Positions 15,087-26,000 of a stretch of DNA of 64,000 bases are shown in pieces. How positions within the stretch are numbered: the stretch's first letter is position 1; each line of letters opens with the position of its first letter. Origin of the DNA: Daphnia carinata (lineage: Eukaryota). The notes under the pieces were generated by a model. It saw nothing but the letters and a program-made list of their open reading frames with translations. It searched no databases and had not been told where the DNA came from. The stretch lies in the NCBI RefSeq assembly GCF_022539665.2, contig NC_081332.1, positions 4,836,001 to 4,900,000 on the forward strand, given 5' to 3'. Both the position numbers and the translations under genes were made by a program.

Positions 15087-15572
15087 CGAAACTCGAAACT
15101 TCACGACACTTTTCCTAGCTGAGATACTCAATAAACGAATACGCATTTTTCTGTAAATGGACGTTTTAAGTATCCAGCGGAATTCCATGAATCTCAGTAG
15201 AATTTCGATGTTAGTTTAAAACTAGACGCATTGCGTTTTGCTCACGAAACACGAATACTGTTGTCAGCATATAACCCCCCCCCCCCCAATCCGATAAGAA
15301 ACGAAATGAAGCATTGAAAAGTGTCGACATTTTCCTGGAAAGGAAATTTTGCGGTTTGTGAGCTGCTAAAGCACGTCATTTGCATACGTTCTTGCTAAAG
15401 CCCACAAATGCATTGTTGATATGTTCGCCATTAGTGAGTGTGGCAAACTTAAGTTCTAAATGGATCCAATCTCAAAATACAATTGCATGTGTTTTTAAAA
15501 GGATAGAAATAGTAGACCAATGTCAATATGCATTTTAGTCTGATGAAAAACAAAACAACGAATAAAAACAAA

Positions 15573-17287
15573 TTAAAAGTTAGCTACCAAAAAATCTGTT
15601 ACATGATCAACGTCGGAAGGAGATTGCCTAACCGCAAGCTCACCAATTTTCCTTAATGTTTCCACTTGATACATTTCGGAAAGTTGTACTAGTTGTCTAT
15701 TGGCGGCGGATATTCCTAAACAACCAGTGTAAATGAATCGCAAAAATTGTTCCAAAACATCTGGATCCGTAGACGAATCGAACGTGACATTCGGTTTTTC
15801 GGTTCCACTTGTTTTACACAGCAGGGCATTCAGTACTGGACTTCTTGTTGCCAGTACAACCTTGTGGGCTTCCATTACCTTGTCGTTCCCGATGAATATG
15901 TCAACATCAGTGAAGTGTCGATCGACGGCCGCCTGCCAAAGTTCTGTGATCCACAACGTATCCATAATTTCGTAATGATAATGTTCGACAGTGTTTCTCA
16001 TTTTGATGCAGAAACTGATACTCTGTCTTTCGTAGAACGAGTCAACAGTTTGGGCCATAAAGAGGAACAGTTTCACCTTGTCCTCTTTCTTTGGTTTCAT
16101 TTTTATCCATTTCCTGAAATCGGTCGAATAAAGTACTTCGGTTACCTCGAAGCCAAGGCTTCCATAATCCATGCAAATGAGATGAATCCAAGGCTTTTCT
16201 ATGCTGTTGCTGTATAACATTTTACCGGTGAGATGCGGGGAAAACAGTCTGTTGTATTGATGTTCAATAACAACGTTTGGTAAAAGAGCTGCTGAATTAA
16301 TTCCAAATTCCCAGGAACACTGAAATGTGGATACAGCGGGGTCGTAAAATATTTCCGTCTCTTTGTCCGGCCTATTATTTAAATTCCCATAAATCATTAC
16401 ATAAATTGTTGGGTAGTTTACAATAAGTTTTACCATGTCAGAACATAAGGCGGTGATTTAGCACATTCCGCATGCAACGCAGTAGCTTCTGGATTGAGAC
16501 TAGCTATGCAACTCATTATTTGTTGGGCATCAATCTTTCTCAGTGCAGATCGGCACAAATTAAGTAGAGTTGTTAACTGATAACGTTCAGCCAATTTCAT
16601 CAACTGTTCTTTAGCCAGAAATGGCAAATTCGATTCGCCAGTGTAGAGAAAGTAAAGGAATTCTTCCACGATCGCAGGGTCTACATCGTCCATGTGGATT
16701 TTAGGAGGGCCATCTCTTTCTGGCTGTTGACTAGCGAATTCTTCTGCAAATACTGGACTACGAGCAGCCAAAATGGCTTTGTGGGCAGCAAATGTCTTAC
16801 CCTGACACACAATTTCAACGTCGGTCCAATGTTGATTTTTGAGGGAAGCATTCCAAAGCTGGTGTTTAACCAGTCGATCGGTCAACTGGTAAGAATAGGA
16901 AGAGACACTGCCTTCAATCCAAATTGAGAAGACGAACGTACACTTCCCGACAACCATTTCAGTGAGATCAGCTATGAAAAACTGCAAACTCTTGCTATTT
17001 TTCATCTTGTTCCCCACTTCTTTTTCTCTCATCTTTTGATGGGTTTCTGAGTCTTGTTTACCATATCTGACCTCTCTTACTTTCATTCCAATAGTGTTCA
17101 AGTTAACTACCAATAATATTACAATAGGTTGATTCTTCTTTTCATTTTTGATGCAAACTCTGAAGATTTTCTCTCCGTGAAACATGATCATTTGTGATGA
17201 AATGGTTTCGGGGTCCTTCTCGATATTTTCCAGTACCCATTCGTAGCACACCATCATCACCGAGTTCCCCGTAATATTAGCCGGCAT
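15573..17287 (-). CDS. Tandem (N-domain+BTB)x2 protein, SPOP/roadkill-like; exons 17287-16434 and 16371-15573
   Basis: Two BTB motifs: WTDVEIVCQGKTFAAHKAILAARSPVF...FLYFLYTG and FTDVDIFIG...AHKVVLATRSPVL...FLRFIYTG. A phase-2 intron TG|GT...AG|G joins the two ORFs. Confidence 0.85.
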
Positions 17288-18010
17288 TTTTCTTTAATAT
17301 TGCTACACCAAAGTGCTGCAGTACCATAGAAGAATACATCAAGTAAAAAGGAACCTTTCATTAATGATTGAAAGTTGAAAAAACTCGCCTGTAATTACAA
17401 ACTGTGTTTTTCCGACCGAAAAATGCCTTACGCAGAGATAGTCCGGTGAAGTCTACATCCAACCCCTACAACGTACAGACTGAAGGCAGTTGCCGCGTAT
17501 TCTCTTTGCCCGAAGGTAAAGAAAGAAAAAGCGTTTGGCAACGTTGTATTTAACATTTTATTCCCCTCTGAGTTGGTAACGACCTCCTATCTTGTTGAGT
17601 GGGCTCGAGGTAAAGAGCATTTCCCTGGCGTTTTCAGTTTTGAGAACGTCCCTCATTGATATCGTCGTCTAAAAATATATGACTTTAATAACAGCTACGT
17701 GTTTTATGCATAGAAAGCAAGTATAAATAAATCCCTGTGTTTCATAACAAACAGAAACGATGTCATAGCAACTGGTCTATTCCCAGCCGGAAAACATTGA
17801 TGGCTTTCTTCGTAAAATATTTAGAAGCGATTTGGGCACGTTGAAACTAAAAGTTGAATGACTTTCCAAGCTGTTGCAATAACGATAACATTCTTTGTAT
17901 TGGTCTAGACAATCAGCACACAAAACCGTTAACTTAAACCATCTGTCGATGAAGTGTTTACGTTTCATTAGTAACAAATGAAAAAAGGAACTTGACAAAG
18001 GAAAACTCTT

Positions 18011-19938
18011 TTAGAAAAATGTGAGCATGAAGGTCGTCAGTTTGTCGACGTCTGGAGAAATTTCGCTCACCAATCTGCTAACTTTGCTCAACGTTTTCGT
18101 TTCGTATATCGTGGCCAACGCAGCTAACTGAGTTTGGCTGACGGATGAATCTAGCGAACCCGTATGAAGAAATTTCAGAAACAGATTCACGACTTCCAGA
18201 TCCATTTGAAAAGAAATGGCAGGTTTGTCTGTAATGTCGACTTTACAGGGAAGAGCATCTAATTTGGAAGTGACATCCGGAGAAATACGATTGGCCAGTT
18301 GGCAGATTTTTAACAACGTTTCAACTTCGTACGATTCAGCCAATTGAAGAAGCTGTTTGTTTGTGGCTGACATGTCCAAACGACCAGTATACAGGAACTT
18401 CAAAAACACTTTAACTACTTCAACATCAATATTTTCTTCTACAGCCATTGACGATCGGCCCAGGTGATCGATTTCACCCAACAGGAGATTCAAGACTGGA
18501 CTACGTGCAGAAAGAACAACTCTGTGAGCTTCGAGTTTAACAGCACCGACGAATATTTCCACATCCGTCCATTTATGCTCTAACGCGGACTGCCAAAGTT
18601 GGGTTGTCCAAGACGTGTCCATCAGTTCGTAATGGTAGTTTTCAATAGTGCTGGACATTTCCATACAAAATGTTACACGACATCCGTTACGAAACGTTTC
18701 ATTCGTTTGCCCCACGAATAGAAATAACTCGACGCCTTTTGCTTTTCTCGTTTTCATTCCGATCCAAGTTTTCCCATCCGTCGAATAAAGTCCACTTAGA
18801 GCTTTGAAACCAAAGCTGCGATGATTTACACAGACTAGATGGATCCACGGGTTCTTTACGACGGATACTTGCATCATATTCCCGGTGAGATGTGGGGAAA
18901 ACAACTTCTCGTGTTGATATTCAATAACAGTGTTGGGAAAGAAAACTCTAGAATCGATCTTCGGTTCCCAACAGCATTGAAATGTAGACATACTCTGATC
19001 GTGGTCTATCACAATCTCCGTGTTTGGTCTAAAGTCAGTATATAAATAACGTAAAAATGTGATCATTAAGCTCGGATATTTTCGTACCTGATCAGGACAG
19101 ATGATGAGGGCTTGACTTCCAGGTGCATGCTAGTAGCTGCTGGGTTTAAACTAGACATGCACGCCATGGCTTGTTGGACATCGATTTTGGTTAACGCAGC
19201 CCGACACAGATTTTCGAGAGTTTTTAGTTGATAACGACTGGCTAATTTGAGAAGCTGAGCATTAGCTAACGCCGTTTTCGGTTGGCCAGTGTAGACAAAG
19301 TAGAGGAATTCTTCCAAGGCTGATGGTTCGACATCTTCCACATGGATTTGATGAGGACCCGACTCGTGTTTTGCTGGATGATCTTTGGCAAATTCAGCTG
19401 CAAAGATTGGACTGCGAGCAGCAAGAATGGCTTTGTGGGCGGAAAATGTTTTCTCTTTACATACCAACTCGACGTCTATCCCATGCTCCTGTTTGGCGGA
19501 GGCATTCCATAACTGTTGTGTCATAAGACGATCGGAGATGTGGTAAGAATATCCAGTGACACTTCCTTCAATCCAGATTGAAAAAGTAAACATACAATTG
19601 CCCGAAACCCTTTCATGGAGATCGGCAGTGAATAGCTGTAAGCTTGATGCGCCCTTTTTCTCTTTCTTAATTTCTTTTTCTTCCATCTTTAAATAGCACC
19701 GTGTATCTTGTTTACTATATCGAATTTCTTTCACCCTCATTCCCATTCTATTGAGATTGGTGGCCAAGAATAACAAAGTAGGATACCCATATGTTATTTT
19801 CTTCAAACAGACACGGAATATTTTCTCTCCACTAAAGAGAATCATCTTGGATAAAACTGTTTTGGTTTCTTCTACATTTTCCAATGTCCATTCGAATGAC
19901 ACCACCAACATCGACGTGCCCGAAATTGTCGCTGCCAT
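18011..19938 (-). CDS. Paralogous tandem double-BTB protein with an extra partial BTB at the C-terminus; exons 19938-19088 and 19028-18011
   Basis: Same architecture and intron position as 15573-17287. AHKAILAARSPIF and AHRVVLSARSPVL motifs, plus a repeated FLKFLHTG...ISPDV segment. Confidence 0.85.
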
Positions 19939-20870
19939 GGCACGGTCTATTCTGCAGTTGTGTAGAAACAATTCACAAGTTAAGAGAGAAAGCAATTCAC
20001 GACAGTGACGTGAGAAAATAGATTTATGCAAGAACCTGATGTGCTGTTAATATCGTTCCTTTCAGTGTTTTTGCTGGTGGCAATTTCGAATAGCAAACAG
20101 GAAGCTTTGCAATGTGTTAAGACTACGATCTGCTGGAGCAATGCCTTTCCAACCTTTCTTTTCTAATTTGTGGACAACTAATGGAGGAAAAACAATGAAA
20201 CTGCATCATTTCAACGTTTTGTTTCTAATTGCGTTGACGATGTTTCCCTGGAATCGCCCCCTGTGATTTGGTTCTTCGAAGGGCCTTAACCGAGTACGAC
20301 ATATGGAAAAATTGTTTACAGTTGAAGATGAACCCGATATTGACTTCCATATTGTTTTTGATCGGCCAACGGGAAAACTTTTCTTGTTTAGTATAGAATA
20401 ATCTACAGTTTAATGGCCTGTGATTTTATTTCGATATATCTTCTGTTGGCCGGTTTACCCAAGTGTTTCTGCTGTGGTTTTACAGCAAAACTTAACTCAA
20501 TAGACTTCCCACATGTTTTTATTTCTCGTCATTTTCCACAGACAAAAAACACAATTGTTGGAGAAAGCCATGACTTGTTAAGACGAGCAATGACGTTGAA
20601 CGTAGGCAGATTAATGTAGAAGTAAACAAAAGAGGTTTATTGGCAATAAATTACAAACTGCACTCAGTCAACTTAGTCCATGCGGCATTCCTGTTTTATT
20701 GAACAGCAGATAACAAGATCGGTTATGTAACCTCAATTATGGTCCCTAAAAAAATTAATTCGAAATATCAACCTCTTCGAAACTCAAATTTAAATATTCG
20801 TCTTCAGTAGCTTAGGCAAATGATGTTTTGACAAAAAAACGATTGAAATGGGGGAAGGGTGAGAAACGCC

Positions 20871-21070
20871 AAGGACAAAGTGAGATAAAATTTTATTTCT
20901 ACTTCACCCATTCCCCAGAGAACTGCAAAAACAAAAAGGATACAGTGAAGAGATTAAAAATTTACATTTTTACTTTACCCCTTCCCTCTAAAAATTAGAA
21001 AACAAAGAAGGACACAGTGAAGATTAAAAATTTACATTTTTTATTTTACCCCATCCCTCTAAAAATTAAA
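20871..21070. repeat. Degenerate tandem repeat, ~65-72 nt unit, about 3 copies
   Basis: AAGGA(T/C)ACAGTGAAG...ATTAAAAATTTACATTTT...TTTACCCC(T/A)TCCCTCTAAAAATTA at ~20936 and ~21008, with a weaker copy at ~20871. Confidence 0.8.
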
Positions 21071-21664
21071 AAGGAAAACAAAACTTTTTTGGTTACTCAT
21101 CCCTTGAATACTCATTTAAATAAACATTTCGAAAACAAAACTAAATGAATCATCATTGTTGTTTTAGTCGTTTTCCCGCGTTTTATTAGGTCAGACTTGA
21201 TTCGTCCCAATAACACAACATTTTAGTCAGTCGGCCATGTCCAACTCATTCCGCTCGACTAATTCGCAATGGCTGCATCCCAATTTCCCGAAATTCCACC
21301 AAATAAAAGACCTACTAAAACCCTTTCGCATTACAAAAAAAACCCTAATTAATTACGCACAAAAACAGCATTACAACTTATTTCCGATTCTTGTAAACAC
21401 GTCGTTAAATATACGACAAGAGCATTGCCCAACGAAAATAGGATTGCAACATCTGCTAATCGATGATGCAATGTCCTTACGGTTGTTGTTTGAATGGCGC
21501 AATCGCCAAGCCTTTATTCAAAAGTAGATATGGAACCGACCGTTGTTACCACATAACAATCCAGCACTAACAAGAAGCAGGTACAGTTTATAGTACCAAC
21601 CGTTCGCCGTTCATATTGTCGTTTTATTTGTTATTTCTCTTTCACCGTGACAAGTACTCGGGAA

Positions 21665-22207
21665 ATGGATTTAAAAGAGGGTTGTTCTATTGTGCAAGTT
21701 GACCCAGTAATTATCTGCCCATTCTATTTGGCAAATCGCTGTCGATTCGGTGATCAGTGCCGAAATCGTCATCCAGTCGATCAATTACTTTCTTCACCTA
21801 ATTCTTCAACCAAAACGAAGCCAATCAAGAAAGAGAGGATAGAAACAGAAAGAGCTAATCCTAAAATGCGAACGGCGTCAGACGTCATCCATCGAATCGT
21901 TTGGGATCCAGCTATAAACGTCTCCGACTTCCGGTTGATCTACCTGGACCGTTTTACCGGATTGGGCTGCGTTACATTAGCCGAATACGTGGCTCACGAT
22001 GCAGACGATCCTGTTATCCCTCAGCATCGGATCCAGCAAATCTGCTATTGTCCATTCACCTCTTCCGACAGCCGGTGCGGATGGGTCGTCTGGGAAAAGA
22101 AGAGCCGAACGGATTATGTATTCGGTAGCGCTAGAAATGCTGGAACAATTAAACTGCTCGATTTGATTGAGCACGTGAACAAAACGAGTCATCCACTCAC
22201 GAACTAA
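21665..22207 (+). CDS. LENG9: CCCH zinc finger + MJ1316 (DUF504) domain protein, LENG9-like, single coding exon
   Basis: C-x7-C-x5-C-x3-H finger (CPFYLANRCRFGDQCRNRH). MJ1316 motifs KMRTASDVIHRIVWD, YLDRFTG, IPQHRI and VVWEKKSRTDYVFGS. Confidence 0.8.
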   Translation: MDLKEGCSIVQVDPVIICPFYLANRCRFGDQCRNRHPVDQLLSSPNSSTKTKPIKKERIETERANPKMRTASDVIHRIVWDPAINVSDFRLIYLDRFTGLGCVTLAEYVAHDADDPVIPQHRIQQICYCPFTSSDSRCGWVVWEKKSRTDYVFGSARNAGTIKLLDLIEHVNKTSHPLTN

Positions 22208-23021
22208 ATGTATTCTTCTCACGACCGCTAGATGGCATTGTGCTAAAGCTCCGACCTCATTCGCGCACGAAAATAAAAAGAGGGGAGAGTAAAGAAGAAA
22301 TGTAAATTGTACATAACGATGCAATGGAATACACACAACTGGCTCGTTATTTTGTTTTCTTTTCATACGATACAGGTCGTTATGTTCTACAACTTATTGT
22401 CCATAGGATCGTGAAAAATTGAAACGACTTTAAGGGTATCAGCCCCGCAGAGAGAGTTCATTAAATAAAGAAGAGCAAATTCATTAAGAATAAGGTAAAA
22501 AAAAAGAGGCAGGTATAAAAACCTCACATCAAAAAAAGGCCCGTTGATAATAAACGGTCCTATGCGGTTTTTTCAACCATTCTGTTTTTTTGTAAGTGTA
22601 GGTGTGTGTGTGTAGGAGAGTCAAACGAGAGGAGAGAGTGAGAGAAAGAAAAAGAGAGGGGAGGGAGAGAAAACTATCCATTCGTTTCCTGCCCACTGAT
22701 AGCAAAAAAAAAAAAGAAACGGGTTCTGGTGTGTTCTGCTGCCAGTTGCAGTCCAGACTTGTCGGAGGATAGTTGAGCCAAAACGAGAGTGTGTGTGTGT
22801 GTTTAAAACTTGACTAGTTTTCAACAATACAGCCGGGACATATCAATTTTTTCTAAAAATCCGCACGCGTGAAAGTGAACACATCAATAATTCTTTATTT
22901 TTGAATTGAAAATAAAGAATTGTTGAAGTGGTTGGCGAAAGGAACTTGACATTTTTATTCGGACACGTTGTACAAAAGGTTCGTTATCACCATTGCGCCA
23001 TATTCGCAAAACAAATCGACG

Positions 23022-26000
23022 ATGGATGCGATTCCGCCTGACGCTCCGGCTCCTCGTCTCTGTCACGTCATCAAACGTCCGGACTTTGAAGGATTCGGTT
23101 TCAATTTGTTCGCCGGCAAAGTGAAACAAGGCCAGTTTATCGGTAAAGTGGATTCGGGCTCGCCGGCCGAAGATGCCGGACTCAAAGCGGGCGATCGCAT
23201 CGTTGAAGTCAACGGCGTTCACATCGGCAACGAAAACCACAAACAGGTAAAAGTTTTTTTCCAGACTATAATGTAATCAACGGTTTTACAATCATAAAAA
23301 AAACGTTGACCATCATGTTAACTAAAAAAAAAAAAAGAAGGAAGAATTAAATGAAAGAATTTTTAAGGTTTGATGGTTTTAAAAAATGCTGGAATGTTTC
23401 GCTGTTGCAACGGGACATTATCGTTATTTGAAGATAAGTGTCGCTGGGTTGGGCTTTTGCGTCGTGATAATAACCGTGTGCGTAACTTGTAAGGTGGGTT
23501 CTCTCATCGTTTTCAAAAAGATTCTCTTCTCATTTTTTTTTAACGACTCGTGCCATTCCGGCATAGGAATGTTCACATGTATAATTAACTCGACTGCCTG
23601 TGATAATCTAATAACGAAAAAAAAGAGAACCCATCATTCTGAGTTGAAAGAATGTACATTTATGAAACAACTCGACGCAACTAGACTGGAACCAGTTGAC
23701 ATTTGTGCTGCTGTGCTAGTTAGTACACAGTGGCATATGTGGCTGCAGATATCGTTAACAAAAAAACGGCTGACGTGCGGAAGTGTGTGGGGGGGATAAC
23801 TACCGAGTTCCACACCCCTGTGCTGCACATGTGCATAGAACAAACCGGAAACAGATTCCCACCATCCTGGGGGTTTCTCTTAGTCCGATTTTTTTTTTCC
23901 TAGAAATAAAAATTCTTTAATGTTATTTCAGGTTGTCCAGCGGATTAAATTGCGTCCAAATGAAACGGAATTATTGGTGGTAGACGACGAGGCAGATGAA
24001 TATTATTCAAGTCTCGGAATAACCATCAAAGGCAGCCAATCGAATGTCATCCGCATAAGCAGCGCACCTGTCATCGTCCAGCCGGCCAGAAAAATTTCCA
24101 GCTCATCTGAAAGCGAGCCAGAACGTCCTACACAAGCCCGTCTGGAACGGTCGAACGTGACGAATGGCCAAAGGCGTGAATCCAGCTCATCTGAAGAGGA
24201 GGTAAACGTCTAATTTACTTTGATCGATCGAGTTGAATTGTTTGCACACCAAGATAATGGGGCGGATAAATAATGTCTTGATTCTATTCAGGATTGGAGC
24301 AATGCACCTGCACCTCGATTGTGCCACGTTGTCAAGTGGAACGAGAGTGATGGTTTCGGATTCCACCTGCTGGCCGACAAGAAGCGCAAGGTTTTTTATT
24401 TAAATTTTTGCATGATAAATAGTTGATCATTAAAAATTGAATAATGTACGTGAACAAAAGGGCCAGTTTATTGGTAAAGTGGACCCTGGTTCAGCGGCTG
24501 ACGGTGCCGGATTGAAATTGGGGGACAGGATTGTCGAAGTTAACGGACATAACGTGGTAGAGGAAACACACAAGGAAGTGGTCCAGCGGATCAAAACAAT
24601 TCCCAACGAAACCAAGTTGCTGGTCATCGATCCGAGCGGTCAACTCTTTTACGCCGAGCGCAACATTGCCATCACCTCATCCATGCCGAATGTGCAAAAG
24701 ATGAAAACTCCGGCCACGCAACCCAACCGAATGAATAATAGACCGGATAACTTGAAATTTGTGATGCCAACCGAAACCAACGGCACGGCACCTCCCAAAT
24801 CATCTCTCAAGGTATTTTCTCTCCCCGCACAATATAATACGATAATAATTGACTGAATACTTTGGTTTAAAAAAAAAAAGAGAGTTGATTCAGCTCCAGC
24901 TCCTCGTTTGTGTCACATCGTCAAATGGAGGCAGGATGCAGGATACGGATTTCATTTGTTGGCTGATAAGAAACGTGTCGGTGAGTAGTAGCCATGACCG
25001 ACTGACCATTTTTTTATTGATAAACTCGTTCCTAATTCTCTGCCTACAAAGGTCATTTTATTGGTAAAGTGGATCCGAACACGCCAGCCAGTGCAGCGGG
25101 ACTTAAAGTTTCTGATCGTATCATCGAAGTTAACGGTCACAACGTGGTCAACGAGTCCCACAAACAGGTTCGTTTTTTTTACTCAGTTTGCTAATGACAG
25201 CAATATGAATAACAACATTTTCAAATAGATTGTGGAACGAATTAAAGCCGTTCCGAATGAAACGAAATTGTTGGTGCTCGATCCCGATGCCGACGTTTAT
25301 TATAACGAACGCAATATAATGGTCAGCTCGTCGCAGAGTAATGTCGTCTTTATCAAAACACCTGCCGCCCCACGCGCAAAGAATGACTCATCCGATGACG
25401 ACGATTATGACGTGAAACTTCGTTCCAAAGGATCGCGGGTAAGTCACATTTATTTTTTTGAATCCAGCAAAATGACACGGTATATTTGATATTCCCTTAT
25501 AAGAAACAATAAGGAAATTGGTCGTTGCTCCGTGCATGAACTTGCATATCATTTGCATGTTTAGTTAGATTCCATCGACAAATCACGCACGCTCATTCAA
25601 GTTTGAATCAGGTTTCGTGAAAGGGATGGCTCGAGCTGAAAAAGCGTGTCCTTTCATTAAACAAGAGACACCATTTTTTGCCCTGCGTCGGGAATGATGA
25701 GTCGCTCATTTGCGATGCAAATGTCAATAAAGAGAAAGCTAAGAGAGAGAAATCTGAAGATAGGTTTGTTTATTGCGTAAACAACTAGACAGGCTTTTGA
25801 AATATTATTTCCTATCGTTGATAAAGAGTTTTTTTTTCAACGGTGAAGGAAGCCATGTATGGCCGATTGGGGCCGAATTATCACGAAATCCAACTAGCCG
25901 TTCTAAGGATTGTTTTAAAACCGGTTTAATTCATTTTTAGAATTTTTGATGGGGATTCGTACGATCATCGTTAATCCACGTTTTCATAGAATAGAAACCT

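Noticed and set aside
16430..16436. Overlapping stop/start of the BTB ORFs suggesting operon-like translational coupling (also at 19066)
   Set aside because: Explained by a ~60-nt intron joining the two ORFs into one gene.
20871..21070. CRISPR-like or mobile-element interpretation of the repeat
   Set aside because: Eukaryotic context, whole-unit tandem copies with no unique spacers, no terminal inverted repeats.
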